Positions 27,150 through 36,962 of a stretch of 58,610 nucleotides of DNA are shown piece by piece. The DNA comes from a virus. Taxonomy: Duplodnaviria; Caudoviricetes. The DNA is taken from the IMG/VR virus record IMGVR_UViG_3300049910_000050, positions 1 to 58,610 of that record; one strand, written 5' to 3'. The translations under genes were made by a program, and so were the position numbers. Numbering within the stretch: the first letter of the stretch is position 1; each line of letters begins with the position of its first letter. The notes below the pieces were generated by a model. The model was not told the origin of the DNA. It did no database searches and saw only the letters and a list, made by a program, of their open reading frames with translations.

Positions 27150-28048
27150 TGGTCACCAGGGGTAGTTCGTCGCACATCACCTGTGAGTCCTGCCATGCAC
27201 GCAGGATTCACGCCACCTCGCGCTACCGCATGTGCCGGCCCTGTGAGGGTCGCTACAAGCAACGGCTGCGGGACGAGCGGCGCAGGGTAAAAGAGCATCG
27301 TGCAGAGCAGCAGAGGACTCAGGAGGTCCAGGCCGTGGAACCACCCAGGGAGAGCCCGCCGCTCACGGTCGAGCAGGCGATCAGGGAACAGGCAATCGAC
27401 CGGGTCATTGACAGGGCCGCTATGGAAGCTGTGGACGGCAGCGTGGTAAAGGAGGCGCTGGAAGCCACCGTGGCCGAGCGCACCAACGGTCGCAGCCGAC
27501 ATCCCAATCAACCGGCTGACCGAGCAACACCCAACAGCGAGCAGCAGACGCGTGCATCAACACAGATGGTGTACGACTCCAACGTCCGGCTTGCGGCGGA
27601 CATCCCCGACGACCGCAAGCTGGAGATCGGCGCGGCGTACGAGGACATGACGCTGACCACCACCCAGGTGTGCGCACGCTTCGGCATCAACGCGGGGGTG
27701 CTGATGGTCATTGTGCGCGAGCTTGGCATCACGCTGCGCTCGCAGCGCCCCGAGTTCAGGCGGGGCTACACTGCAGCTACCTTGGCAGCACGCTCAGCGC
27801 AGGAGCGCAAGGAACAGGCCGAGCGACGGCAGGCCGAGATGCAAGCCGCCGGGGCTGTGCCTGCCGCTAGTTACACGCCGCTGGATGCCATGCTGGGCGC
27901 GGCTATCGTGGAGGCCACGCCGACGAAGTGGCGCGTGGCGGTCGAGGGCAACCTGTCTCTCGACGGCACGCTGGAGCAGGTCATAGCTGAGGTACGCAGG
28001 CTGCACCCAGGCTTGATGATCGTGGCGGTCGCTCAAGTCCGGCAGTAG
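27149..28048 (+). CDS. Zinc-finger plus HTH-like protein
   Basis: TGATG-coupled; CESC...CRPC and TTQVCARFGINAGVL. Confidence 0.7.
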   Translation: MVTRGSSSHITCESCHARRIHATSRYRMCRPCEGRYKQRLRDERRRVKEHRAEQQRTQEVQAVEPPRESPPLTVEQAIREQAIDRVIDRAAMEAVDGSVVKEALEATVAERTNGRSRHPNQPADRATPNSEQQTRASTQMVYDSNVRLAADIPDDRKLEIGAAYEDMTLTTTQVCARFGINAGVLMVIVRELGITLRSQRPEFRRGYTAATLAARSAQERKEQAERRQAEMQAAGAVPAASYTPLDAMLGAAIVEATPTKWRVAVEGNLSLDGTLEQVIAEVRRLHPGLMIVAVAQVRQ

Positions 28049-28051
28049 GTG

Positions 28052-28080
28052 TTGACAACGTCGACACCGTGTGGTATTCT
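28052..28080 (+). promoter_or_regulatory. Sigma70-type promoter
   Basis: TTGACA-N17-TATTCT with TGn; followed by a 12-bp leader hairpin. Confidence 0.85.
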
Positions 28081-28137
28081 TTTGGGGTCGTCGGGAGTTC
28101 GTCTCGACGGCCCACATCCCACCTTGAGGAGGGCAGG

Positions 28138-28401
28138 ATGATAACCAGGCAACAGGCTCTGATGAGCCAGGAGTTCCACACCAACAAGTGTGCACGCACG
28201 GTTGGGCCGCGTGGTGGCGTGCAGATCGTGCAGGAGCGGGTGCGCCGCAACGGCATGACCCAGACGTGGGTCACCCGGCCCAACGAGTGGCGGCTGCCAG
28301 TCAAGTACGGCATCAGCGCTCGCGGTCAGTTCAGCATCCGCGAGTCGGACGCCGACCAGTGGCACGCGGCAGAGGACTGCCCGCTGCGAGTCCAGCGCTA
28401 A
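28138..28401 (+). CDS. Hypothetical protein
   Basis: CCTTGAGGAGG RBS; RRNG-TQTWVTRPNEWRLPVKYG. Confidence 0.8.
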   Translation: MITRQQALMSQEFHTNKCARTVGPRGGVQIVQERVRRNGMTQTWVTRPNEWRLPVKYGISARGQFSIRESDADQWHAAEDCPLRVQR

Positions 28402-28622
28402 TGCTCACCTCGCCATTCGTGTTCGTGGTGCTGGTCACAAGGCTCAGCGAGCACAGCGTCATCACCGAGACCGCCGGCTGCTACGCCCACATGTACCTGG
28501 CCGCTCGCAAGGTTGCAGACTTGCGCGAGAGCGAGCCGCACGCCAGGCCGGTCATCGTCAAGCACCTGCTGCAGGGTACGTTCGGAAACCTTGAGGAGAC
28601 CCAGCATGCCAGCCATAACTAA
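28401..28622 (+). CDS. Hypothetical protein
   Basis: TAATG-coupled, 73 aa. Confidence 0.6.
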   Translation: MLTSPFVFVVLVTRLSEHSVITETAGCYAHMYLAARKVADLRESEPHARPVIVKHLLQGTFGNLEETQHASHN

Positions 28623-29037
28623 GCTCGTTCACCTTCTCGTGCCGGCCGCGCCGGCACACACCGCGTGCGGCTCGATGCTCGATGATCGCGGCAACGTTCA
28701 GGTCGCCAGCTACGTGGGTGACGCGACGTGCGAGCAGTGCCGCGCCACGCGCTGGCCGAGCCCCGAGGCCAGGGCCGAGACGCTCGACCGGGCCATCAGT
28801 GACTACGTCAACTCGTACTCGAACTACAAGCAGTTGGCCGAGCTTATGGTCCGCGACCACCCCACGCTGCAGCAGCAGAAGATGCGGCTGGTCATGGAGT
28901 TCATCAAGGCCGTGGCTGCCCTTGAGTACACGGACGCCCGCAACGAGGATTCGAGAGCGCTGTGCCGCTTCCTGCTGGGTGCGCTTGAGGATGCGCAGAG
29001 CAAGGGCCGGCGCGTCGGCTACCTGCCGTTCATCTAG
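28606..29037 (+). CDS. Hypothetical protein (H-x-x-C...CxxC)
   Basis: CCTTGAGGAG RBS; D-HPTLQQ...DARNE...LPFI. Confidence 0.8.
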   Translation: MPAITKLVHLLVPAAPAHTACGSMLDDRGNVQVASYVGDATCEQCRATRWPSPEARAETLDRAISDYVNSYSNYKQLAELMVRDHPTLQQQKMRLVMEFIKAVAALEYTDARNEDSRALCRFLLGALEDAQSKGRRVGYLPFI

Positions 29038-29050
29038 CCAGGAGGTACGC

Positions 29051-29440
29051 ATGAGCGTCGAGTTCACCATCGAGAAGGTGCCGGGCGACAACGTTGTCTA
29101 CCGGCTGGGGTTCATCGATCACGACCCCGCCGACCCCGAGCTTGACTCGGAAGAGGAGCAGTTCCTGACGCACACCGAGGTGCGTCAGATGCGCGGCGCG
29201 ATCTACCAGTTCTTCGGACCGGACATTCACGCCGTCCGGTTCCTGCAGGACGCGGCCAACATGCTCAGCTACGACGAGTGGCTGGCCGTCACGCACTTCG
29301 CCCGCGACGCGTACAGCAGCCGCAAGTTCGCTGAGCTTCAGGAAGTGGGCCGGTTGCTCGGGCACTTCGATGACGGCGTGCTGCTGCAGACGCTGCAGGC
29401 GTACCGGCATCAGGTCAGCGAGCGCGCGCGTGGAGCGTAA
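29051..29440 (+). CDS. Hypothetical protein
   Basis: AGGAGGT RBS. Confidence 0.8.
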   Translation: MSVEFTIEKVPGDNVVYRLGFIDHDPADPELDSEEEQFLTHTEVRQMRGAIYQFFGPDIHAVRFLQDAANMLSYDEWLAVTHFARDAYSSRKFAELQEVGRLLGHFDDGVLLQTLQAYRHQVSERARGA

Positions 29441-29633
29441 GGACTACCGGGCTCTGGCTGCGGCGCTCGCCGCAGTCCGGCCCACGCCCAACCAGCACGC
29501 GCAGTACACGCGCTGGGTGCTGTGCCGCAACGCCATCGGTCGTGTGCTCCGGGCTGACAACCCGGCGTTCGAGGAGTGGCGCTTCGATCAGGCGTGCGCC
29601 GCAGAGAGTGCTAGCCAAGCTGTCTCGGGCTAG
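29430..29633 (+). CDS. Small phage protein of the RKDY...DNPxF..RF..AC type
   Basis: ERKDYRALAAAL...ADNPAFEEWRFDQAC. Confidence 0.7.
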   Translation: MERKDYRALAAALAAVRPTPNQHAQYTRWVLCRNAIGRVLRADNPAFEEWRFDQACAAESASQAVSG

Positions 29634-29748
29634 CGCAGTGCTGTGGCTTGAGTGGTGGCAGGCAGCGGCGTTGCTGCTGCTCTGCTGCCTGGTTCTGTGG
29701 CGGCTCAGATAGGCCGGTCGAGAGGGAAACTGGTCGACAAACGTGGGG

Positions 29749-29778
29749 TTGACAGCCCAGAGGATCGTGGTGTATTAT
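29749..29778 (+). promoter_or_regulatory. Sigma70-type promoter
   Basis: TTGACA-N18-TATTAT. Confidence 0.7.
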
Positions 29779-29829
29779 TCCCCCAGTCGGTCGGGATGGC
29801 CGACGAATCCCTTGAGGAGGTCCACTGAA

Positions 29830-30876
29830 GTGGCCGATATGGTTGCGGCGTTCTACGGAGCGCGTGATTTGCCCGCCTGGCATCGCAAAGGCATCGTTGA
29901 CAACCTGCAGCACACCGCGCTGGACGCGTTCGATCTGATCGGGCGCTACGACGTCGACAAGCTGCAGCTTCAGACCATCATCACCAAGCAGGACGGCTCG
30001 CACATCGAGGTACCGGCGTACGGTTTGATCCGCCGCCCGATGGCGGGCGACCCGCACGAGGCGTACTTTGGCACGGTCAGCGACCAGTACCGCCTGGTGA
30101 CGCCGGAGGAGTTCTGCCGCATGTGGGACGAGCGGACCCGCAAAGCGGTCGAGACCATGATCGCGCTCAAGGGCGGGCGGCAGTTCGTCATCACCTCGCG
30201 CCTCGGGGAGTTCGCGGTCAAGGACGACGTGATCGAGAACTACCTGCAAGCCTACATGTACATGGACGGTTCGAGTGCCGCCGGCACGCTGACTTCCAAC
30301 GTCCGGATGGTGTGCGCCAACACCGTGGCCATGGCGATCAGTGCCTCGCACGACCACCAGCGCTTCGTGCACGACGCCTTCATCCTCGACCGCATGAGCC
30401 GCTGGCTGGAGGACGTCATCCAGCGCGCCGAGGCGCATCTGCCCGAGCTTCAGCAGGCGTTCGAGGTGCTCAGCGAGCACCGCCTGGGCCGCAGCAACGC
30501 CAATGCGGCCAAAGAGATTCGGTCGGTGATCCACGCCGCGTACCCGCCGGTGCCGCCGTTCGAGGCCGACCCGCTGCTGACCGACGACATGAACGAGGCG
30601 CGTGCCAAGAAGCAGGCGGCGCAGGTCAAGATTGTCGACAAGCGCCGGGTGCAGGTGCTCGACCTGTTCAAGGGCGAGGGACGCGGTATGCGCAACGACG
30701 CCACCTGGGGCACCATGTGGGGTCTGGTGCAGGCGGTCAACGAGCTTGAGGACTGGAAGGGCGGCTCCGGTGGTGCGGGGCTGGCGCACAGCATCCTGTT
30801 CGGGGAGCGCGCCGAGACCAAGGCGCGGGCCATCACCCAGGCGCTGCACATCGCTACGGGGTCCTCGGTCGACTAA
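29830..30876 (+). CDS. DUF932 family protein
   Basis: PAWHRKG, GTVSDQY, LKGGRQ, VRMVCANT, GTMWGLVQAVNE. Confidence 0.85.
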   Translation: MADMVAAFYGARDLPAWHRKGIVDNLQHTALDAFDLIGRYDVDKLQLQTIITKQDGSHIEVPAYGLIRRPMAGDPHEAYFGTVSDQYRLVTPEEFCRMWDERTRKAVETMIALKGGRQFVITSRLGEFAVKDDVIENYLQAYMYMDGSSAAGTLTSNVRMVCANTVAMAISASHDHQRFVHDAFILDRMSRWLEDVIQRAEAHLPELQQAFEVLSEHRLGRSNANAAKEIRSVIHAAYPPVPPFEADPLLTDDMNEARAKKQAAQVKIVDKRRVQVLDLFKGEGRGMRNDATWGTMWGLVQAVNELEDWKGGSGGAGLAHSILFGERAETKARAITQALHIATGSSVD

Positions 30877-30885
30877 GCTCGACCG

Positions 30886-31236
30886 ATGGCAACGTTACTC
30901 GCACTCGCCATGGTGGTTTCCCAGAGCGCCGGGGATGAGGCGGTCCCCGACGCTCCGCTGCCCACGCCGCACGAGTACCTGTACGCCGCATATCCCGCAC
31001 TCGCCCCGGTGCTCGACTGCATGATCCGCCTGGAGAGCACATGGAATCCCTACGCTCGTGGGGCTGGCGGCAGGTACGTTGGTCTGGCGCAGTTCGACTA
31101 CGCCACGTGGCTGGAGACCCCGCAGGGCCAATCTGGCCTGAGCCGTACCGACCCCTACGCATCTATCGACGCACTGGCCTGGGGTACCGGGCACTTAGGC
31201 TGGGGACGCTGGCCGATAAGCTCGCGGCGCTGCTAG
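30886..31236 (+). CDS. Secreted lysozyme-fold transglycosylase (SLT/Rpf-like)
   Basis: Hydrophobic N-terminus; CMIRLES-WNP, YVGLAQF-TW, GWGRWP...C. Confidence 0.75.
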   Translation: MATLLALAMVVSQSAGDEAVPDAPLPTPHEYLYAAYPALAPVLDCMIRLESTWNPYARGAGGRYVGLAQFDYATWLETPQGQSGLSRTDPYASIDALAWGTGHLGWGRWPISSRRC

Positions 31237-31266
31237 CCGAGCGAGCAATCCTTGAGGAGGAACGCA

Positions 31267-31584
31267 ATGCCCTTGAATGACCATGTGCTGCTGCTGCAGC
31301 TAGAGCGCGCCGAGGAGGCGCTCCGGGACCGGGTGGACATCCTTGACGACGAGGACCGCCACGAGTCATGCGATTGTGATTGCTTTGAGACGGCGGAGGA
31401 CGACCTCCGGCACGACGTGGACCGGCTTGAGGAGCGCTGCGAGCAGCTTGAGGTGCTCATCACCACCAGCCGGGAAGGCTGGGAAGAGGAGCGCGACCGC
31501 CTGGATGCCGAGATCGACTCGATCAAGGAAACGGTGCGCACCATCGTGCGCGCGCTGCGCAACCAGGGCGTGCGCAATGTCTAG
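31267..31584 (+). CDS. Acidic coiled-coil protein
   Basis: CCTTGAGGAGG RBS; very D/E-rich. Confidence 0.75.
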   Translation: MPLNDHVLLLQLERAEEALRDRVDILDDEDRHESCDCDCFETAEDDLRHDVDRLEERCEQLEVLITTSREGWEEERDRLDAEIDSIKETVRTIVRALRNQGVRNV

Positions 31585-33103
31585 GCAGATCAAGCTGTTC
31601 GGCCCGCCAGGCACCGGTAAGACGCGCGAGCTTTCGAGCCTGGCGCTCAAGGCGGTGCAGCACTTCGGCGCGGACCGGGTGATGGCCACGACTTTCACCC
31701 GGGCTGCGGCCAACGAGTTGAAGGAGCGCATCGCGCAGGGGTGCCAGCTCAGCTTGCCCGCTGACAACTGGGCGCGCCGGCGTATGCTGGAGCAGACGTT
31801 CCCGTGGATCGGGACCACGCACTCGCTCGCGCTCAAGCTGATCGGGCGCACCCCGGTGGTCTCCGGCAAGGACCTGACCGAGTTCTCCAAGTCCCTCGGC
31901 GGCAAGGCGCTCGATCTGCCGGACACCGACGATCTGGAGGGCTACGCCTGGTCGGACGCCAGCCTCAGAGACGACATCCAGATCGCGCTCGGGCTGCACG
32001 CCTCGGCCCGCCACCGGCTGGAGCCGCTCAGCGCCGCCTACCTGCGGGTGATGCCGACGCTCGATATCGCGCGCATCGAGCGCATCACCACCGCGTACGA
32101 GGACTACAAGCACCAGATCGGCAAGATCGACTTCGAGGACATGCTCATGCTGGGCAGCCACGAGTACGCCCCGGAGGTGCGCGTGGTGCTGGCCGACGAG
32201 GTGCAGGACAACTCGCCGCTGCTGTGGATGACCGTCGACCAGTGGGCGGGCGGCGAGCGCGACTTCGTGATGGCCGGTGACCCGTACCAGGCCATCTACC
32301 TGTTCTCGGGTGCGCAGCCCGAATTGTTCATAGGGCACCCCGGTGAACTCAAGCGGCTGGGCGATTCGCACCGACTCACCCAGGCCTCCGCCCAGCAGGC
32401 TCAGTCCGTGCTCAAAGCCGCCGGCTACGAGGAGGGCGAGTGGCTGGGCACGTGGTCTGGCGTGGGCTCCGGTGACGGCTACGGGTCCGGTGACGAGTTC
32501 TGGCTGGCGCGCACGGGGCGGCTGTTGCAGGACGTCACCGCACGCTTCGAGGAACAGGGCATCTCTTACGGCTACATCCGGGGCGGCGGGCCGCTGGAGA
32601 CCAAGGCAGCCGACGCGTTCCGCACCTGGGTCAAGCTGCGCTCAGGCACGCCGCAGACCTCCAGCGCGCTGGCACATCTGGCCCAGCAGATCGACCGTGC
32701 CTATCTGGCTCCGGGCACCCCGAAGCGCATGAACAGCATGCCGCCGGAAGCGCTCTGGGACGAGGAGCAGGTTGCCCAGATGTGGCAGATGGACCTCCGC
32801 AAGGTGCCGCACGCCATCAAGAAGGGCGAGTACCTGGCCCGGGTGTTCGGTCGGGAAGGCATCGGCGCGTTCATCTTCGGCGCACCCCGCAGGGTGGGCA
32901 CCATCCACTCGGCCAAGGGCCGCGAGGCAGATACCGTGCACCTCATCACTAGCTGGGGTACGCTGCCGTATCAGGCAACGCTCGAAGCAGCGGGGCGGGC
33001 TGCCGAAGGATGCGTGGCCTACGTGGGCGTCACTCGGCACCGTGCCAGCCTCGCGCTGGAATACGTGTCGGAGGGCACCCCGTATGAGTTCCAATTCCGG
33101 TAA
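31577..33103 (+). CDS. UvrD/Rep-like SF1 helicase
   Basis: FGPPGTGKT, TFTRAAA, DEVQD, GDPYQAIY, TIHSAKGRE, YVGVTR. Confidence 0.92.
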   Translation: MSRQIKLFGPPGTGKTRELSSLALKAVQHFGADRVMATTFTRAAANELKERIAQGCQLSLPADNWARRRMLEQTFPWIGTTHSLALKLIGRTPVVSGKDLTEFSKSLGGKALDLPDTDDLEGYAWSDASLRDDIQIALGLHASARHRLEPLSAAYLRVMPTLDIARIERITTAYEDYKHQIGKIDFEDMLMLGSHEYAPEVRVVLADEVQDNSPLLWMTVDQWAGGERDFVMAGDPYQAIYLFSGAQPELFIGHPGELKRLGDSHRLTQASAQQAQSVLKAAGYEEGEWLGTWSGVGSGDGYGSGDEFWLARTGRLLQDVTARFEEQGISYGYIRGGGPLETKAADAFRTWVKLRSGTPQTSSALAHLAQQIDRAYLAPGTPKRMNSMPPEALWDEEQVAQMWQMDLRKVPHAIKKGEYLARVFGREGIGAFIFGAPRRVGTIHSAKGREADTVHLITSWGTLPYQATLEAAGRAAEGCVAYVGVTRHRASLALEYVSEGTPYEFQFR

Positions 33104-33106
33104 GCG

Positions 33107-33577
33107 GTGACCGGGTTCCACTGGCGTCCCGGCGACGAGGACAAGTTTGACGACCGTGTCCGCCGCACCGAGGACCACTGGATGTGGACGGGCCACGTCA
33201 ACAAGCACGACGGCTACGGTCGCTTCAAGCCCAGGCACGCCGAGTCGCCTGAGCTAGCCCACGTGCTGGCCTACGAGCGCTGGGTGGGGCCGGTGCCTGA
33301 CGGGTGCGTGATCGACCACCTGGGGCACACCTTTCCGCAGCGCCGCTGCGTGCGGCCCGATCATCTCGAAGCCATCACCCACGAGGAGAACACCCGGCGG
33401 GGCAACAGCCCCGCTGGGATCAACTCACGCAAGACGCACTGCGAGGTGTGCGGCCTCGCACTGGACGGCGACAACCTGCATATCAACAAGCAGGGTTGGC
33501 GCGTGTGCCTCAACTGTCGTCGTCGTCGGCATCGTGAGGCGAAGGCTCGTGCTCGTGAACGCCAGGCCGCGAGATAG
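33107..33577 (+). CDS. HNH endonuclease
   Basis: WMWTG...GYG...AH...IDH...CVRPDHL...EN plus C-terminal zinc finger. Confidence 0.88.
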   Translation: MTGFHWRPGDEDKFDDRVRRTEDHWMWTGHVNKHDGYGRFKPRHAESPELAHVLAYERWVGPVPDGCVIDHLGHTFPQRRCVRPDHLEAITHEENTRRGNSPAGINSRKTHCEVCGLALDGDNLHINKQGWRVCLNCRRRRHREAKARARERQAAR

Positions 33578-35108
33578 GCTGCAGGGCGAGCACCTCGGCG
33601 GTCTCGCCGTCCCCGAACGAGTGGTAGATAACCCGGCACTTGCCGATCCCGCTCAGGGTCCCCGTCAACTCCTGCGGCTTGAAGCTGTGATCCTGCGAGC
33701 GCAGCATGTTGATGATGGCGGGCGCGTTCAGGTAGTACACCCCGTTCTCGATCCAGCCGACCGCCAGTTCGCTGCGGCTCTGCGGCGCGCGGTCGGGCAG
33801 CGAGCGCAGCATGCCCAGCACCGTGTTCTCGCGCCAGCCGCGCTCGTTGGCGTAGCTGGAGGACTCCTCGGTGTCCGAGATCATGCGCAGCACAGCCGTT
33901 GTGAAGCGCCGGAAGTCGCGGCCCACCTGGGCGGGCAGGAACGTCGGGATGTCCTCGCACGCCTCGACGCAGCGCTCGACCCACGCCGTCTCGCGCGTCA
34001 TCTCGGGGCCCGTCATCACCACTTCGCCGGGACTGATGGAGCCATCAGGCCGCGTGAACTCAAGCGAGATGCGGTAGCTACTCTGCCTGCGTCCGACGCG
34101 CACCACCCTGGTGACTTTGAAGTTGCCGCCGGTGGCCACCAGGCTGGCGGCTTTGGAGCGCTTCTCCTCGGCCTCGGCGTTGCCCCAGGTGGTGACCCAG
34201 TACGCGCGCCCTCGGCTGCCTTTGCGGTCGCCCCGCGCGTAGCAGCCGTCAGATGCCAGCGACCCGGCAAAGACCCACTCGGCCTCGTCGCGGTCCCAGC
34301 CCTTGCGCACCATGGCGATGCAGATGGCGTAGTCGACTTCGGAGTAGCTGCTGGCACCCACCCAGTTGCCCGCGCCAGGCACCTGCTCTCCCGGCTTGAG
34401 GAGCGCGTCCGCGATCTTGCGCGGGAAGTGCGCGGCTCTCACCCGGGAAGCGGCCTCCGCCTTTTGCTCGGCATCCAGGGAGAGCACCCGATAGCTGCGA
34501 TCACCGGGCGCCCTCGGCGCGGCACCTGGGTTGTCGTGCAGGTACGCGGCGGCGATCTCGGCGGCGAGCGCTTCGACGTTGAACTGGTACTTGAGTTCCT
34601 CGGGGGAGCCCGCCCGCGTGCGGTACGTGCCCCCGGACGGGTGCAGCGACGGGGGAGCCGCAGCGTAGCTCCCCTCGCCGCGCACCTCTCCACAGCGCGC
34701 TCCGTCTGGCCGCAGCTTCCAGGCATGCACCTGGGGCACGTCCATGGAGCGCACCCAGATGTGCGCCTTGCCGGAGCCAGTCTCCACGATCCAGCAACCG
34801 GTGAACATGGGGTGATCGAGGTGTTCGAGTATCCAGGCCGCGAAGTCATCCATGTCCGCGTCCAGGCAGCACAGGTCGCTGATCTTGCCGCAGATCAGGC
34901 CGACCCCCATCCTCGGGTCACCCGCCCGTATCCAGGCAACCGCTTGCGCCTCCGTGACGCGCTCGCGTTGCAGCGGCTTCCAGTGGTCGACCAGCGCCCG
35001 GTAGGGCTCCTTCTGGCCGACGCCCAGCGGGAGGGGATTGATCCCCAGGCGCAGGTAGCGCAGGAGTGGGTGTGTGCCTCCGGCAGAGGCGTCCAGCGCT
35101 GGCTGCAT
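33510..35108 (-). CDS. Bifunctional DNA primase/polymerase (AEP) domain protein
   Basis: GLICG, LDAD, ETGSGKAH, APPSLHPSG-Y; GAGGAG RBS. Confidence 0.88.
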   Translation of the reverse strand: MQPALDASAGGTHPLLRYLRLGINPLPLGVGQKEPYRALVDHWKPLQRERVTEAQAVAWIRAGDPRMGVGLICGKISDLCCLDADMDDFAAWILEHLDHPMFTGCWIVETGSGKAHIWVRSMDVPQVHAWKLRPDGARCGEVRGEGSYAAAPPSLHPSGGTYRTRAGSPEELKYQFNVEALAAEIAAAYLHDNPGAAPRAPGDRSYRVLSLDAEQKAEAASRVRAAHFPRKIADALLKPGEQVPGAGNWVGASSYSEVDYAICIAMVRKGWDRDEAEWVFAGSLASDGCYARGDRKGSRGRAYWVTTWGNAEAEEKRSKAASLVATGGNFKVTRVVRVGRRQSSYRISLEFTRPDGSISPGEVVMTGPEMTRETAWVERCVEACEDIPTFLPAQVGRDFRRFTTAVLRMISDTEESSSYANERGWRENTVLGMLRSLPDRAPQSRSELAVGWIENGVYYLNAPAIINMLRSQDHSFKPQELTGTLSGIGKCRVIYHSFGDGETAEVLALQPISRPGVHEHEPSPHDADDDDS

Positions 35109-35109
35109 A

Positions 35110-35400
35110 CTAGCTCTCCTCTTCGGTGGGGTCCTGCTCACCCGCGTCGGTGGGACTGCGCATCTTACCAAGGTTCGGGTGGCTGTCGCGGTACGCGTCG
35201 AGATCGTCAATGCGGAACATCAGTATCCTCCTGCTCTCTCCAAGCCTGAAGCCGGGCACTCCAGCCCCGCCAGCGTCGTACACGCTCTTCAGGCGGTAGA
35301 TGTAGTCTCTACCCACGCCCAGGTAGTCGGCTGCCTCCTCAGCAGTCAGCCAGCCTTTGACGCGGATTTTGTTCTCGTTCGGAGTCATCTCCACAACCAT
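35110..35400 (-). CDS. Excisionase-like (MerR-type) HTH DNA-binding protein
   Basis: WLTAEEAADYLGVGRDYIY...FRIDDLDAY. Confidence 0.85.
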   Translation of the reverse strand: MVVEMTPNENKIRVKGWLTAEEAADYLGVGRDYIYRLKSVYDAGGAGVPGFRLGESRRILMFRIDDLDAYRDSHPNLGKMRSPTDAGEQDPTEEES

Positions 35401-35431
35401 GTGTCAATCCTTTCTGAGCCGGCCGATCAAC

Positions 35432-35480
35432 TTGACAACCGACTCGGGATAGTGTACTCTTTGTGTCGGTCAGTCGACAA
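35432..35480. promoter_or_regulatory. Divergent overlapping promoters
   Basis: Plus: TTGACA(35432)-N17-TACTCT; minus: TTGTCG(35480)-N18-TACACT; the two -10 boxes overlap. Confidence 0.7.
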
Positions 35481-35540
35481 GTTTGAGGCGGTTCGATCTG
35501 ACCAGACTATCACTGCACCTTGAGGAGGGCAACACCCACC

Positions 35541-36962
35541 ATGCCCCTGTTCCCGTTTCAGATCGACGGCATCAAGGCCGCGTACAGCATGCTGCAGCAA
35601 GCACGCGGCTTCTACGTGCAGCACAAGCCTGGCATGGGCAAGAGCCTGTCAGCGATTGCCCTGCATCACATGCTCAAGAGCCCGCGCACCGTGGTGGTCG
35701 CACCCGTGGTGGCGCAGGGCGTCTGGCTGCGCGAGTTCTCCAAGTGGCTGCCTGGCACAGCGGTGGTGCTGGACACGCCGACCGAGGACTGCGACGTGGT
35801 CATCACCACCTACGACAAGATCAAGGACCCCAAGGCAGCGTCTGGCAACGCCCAGCGCTGGACGGGGCACGACCGCCTCAACCGGTTGCTGGGTTGGCAG
35901 CCCACGCTGCTGATCCTCGATGAGGCGCAATACTTCAAGAGCCCCACCGCGCTGCGGACCAAGAGCATCTGGAAGCTCGCAGCCGGTGCGGAGTACAAGC
36001 TGCTGCTGTCGGGCACACCGGCTCACTCACCGATGGACTGGTGGGCGCAGTTCCGGGTTATCTGCCCGACCGAGCCGATCTTCCGCCAGACCTTCAAAGA
36101 GTTCCGGGCCCAGGTGATGGTGCTCGCGGGGCCCAACGGCAACTGGGCGATGCGCACCCGCAGCGGCGGCTACGCCACGCGTGAGGACGGCTGGAAGAAG
36201 CTGGTCATGGCCATGGCCCCGTACACCCACGCGGTGGCCAAGGACGTGCTGCAGCTTCCCGAGCCGCTGGTCACCGAGGTGCCCGTGACGCTCAGCCCCA
36301 AAGAGAAGAAGGCGTACGACGAGATGCACGACTTCCTGCGCTCCGAGTTGCCGGATGACACCGAGGCCAACGCCAGCATCGTGCTGACCCAGATGCTGCG
36401 GCTGACACAGCTTGCAGCCGGGTTCGTGACCGACACCGAGGGCATGGTCCAGTACACCGGCACATCGAAGCTCGACGCGTGCATGGAACTGGTCGACCAG
36501 CGCGACGAGGAGAAGGTCGTCATCGCCTGCCGCTTCAAACCCGACATCGCCCGGCTCCGGGCGGAACTGGAGAAGCGCGAGCGCCCGTTCCGGATCATCG
36601 ACGGGTCGGTCTCTCAGCACGCCAGGACCGAAGCCGAGAACTGGTTCCAGCACGAGGAGCACAACGGGGTGATGCTGCTGAACTACCAGGCGGGTGGGGT
36701 GGCCATCACGCTGACCGCAGCCTCGACGCTGATCTACTACACGCTGACCCAGAGCGTGATCCAGTGGGAACAGACGGGAGCCCGGGTGCATCGGATCGGC
36801 ACCACGACCAACGTGAACGTCCTGTACCTGCTGGCCGTCGACACGCTGGACGACCAGCAGTTGGCAGGCTTGAAGGGCGGGGCTAGCATGGTCGACATGG
36901 CCCGCCTGCTGCTGCGCTACCTGAAGCGCAGGGACGGCGTGGTCGCGGAGAGGGCGGGCTAA
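35541..36962 (+). CDS. SNF2-like SF2 helicase
   Basis: PGMGKS, ILDEAQ, LSGTP, Q-x-x-ARVHRIG. Confidence 0.92.
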   Translation: MPLFPFQIDGIKAAYSMLQQARGFYVQHKPGMGKSLSAIALHHMLKSPRTVVVAPVVAQGVWLREFSKWLPGTAVVLDTPTEDCDVVITTYDKIKDPKAASGNAQRWTGHDRLNRLLGWQPTLLILDEAQYFKSPTALRTKSIWKLAAGAEYKLLLSGTPAHSPMDWWAQFRVICPTEPIFRQTFKEFRAQVMVLAGPNGNWAMRTRSGGYATREDGWKKLVMAMAPYTHAVAKDVLQLPEPLVTEVPVTLSPKEKKAYDEMHDFLRSELPDDTEANASIVLTQMLRLTQLAAGFVTDTEGMVQYTGTSKLDACMELVDQRDEEKVVIACRFKPDIARLRAELEKRERPFRIIDGSVSQHARTEAENWFQHEEHNGVMLLNYQAGGVAITLTAASTLIYYTLTQSVIQWEQTGARVHRIGTTTNVNVLYLLAVDTLDDQQLAGLKGGASMVDMARLLLRYLKRRDGVVAERAG

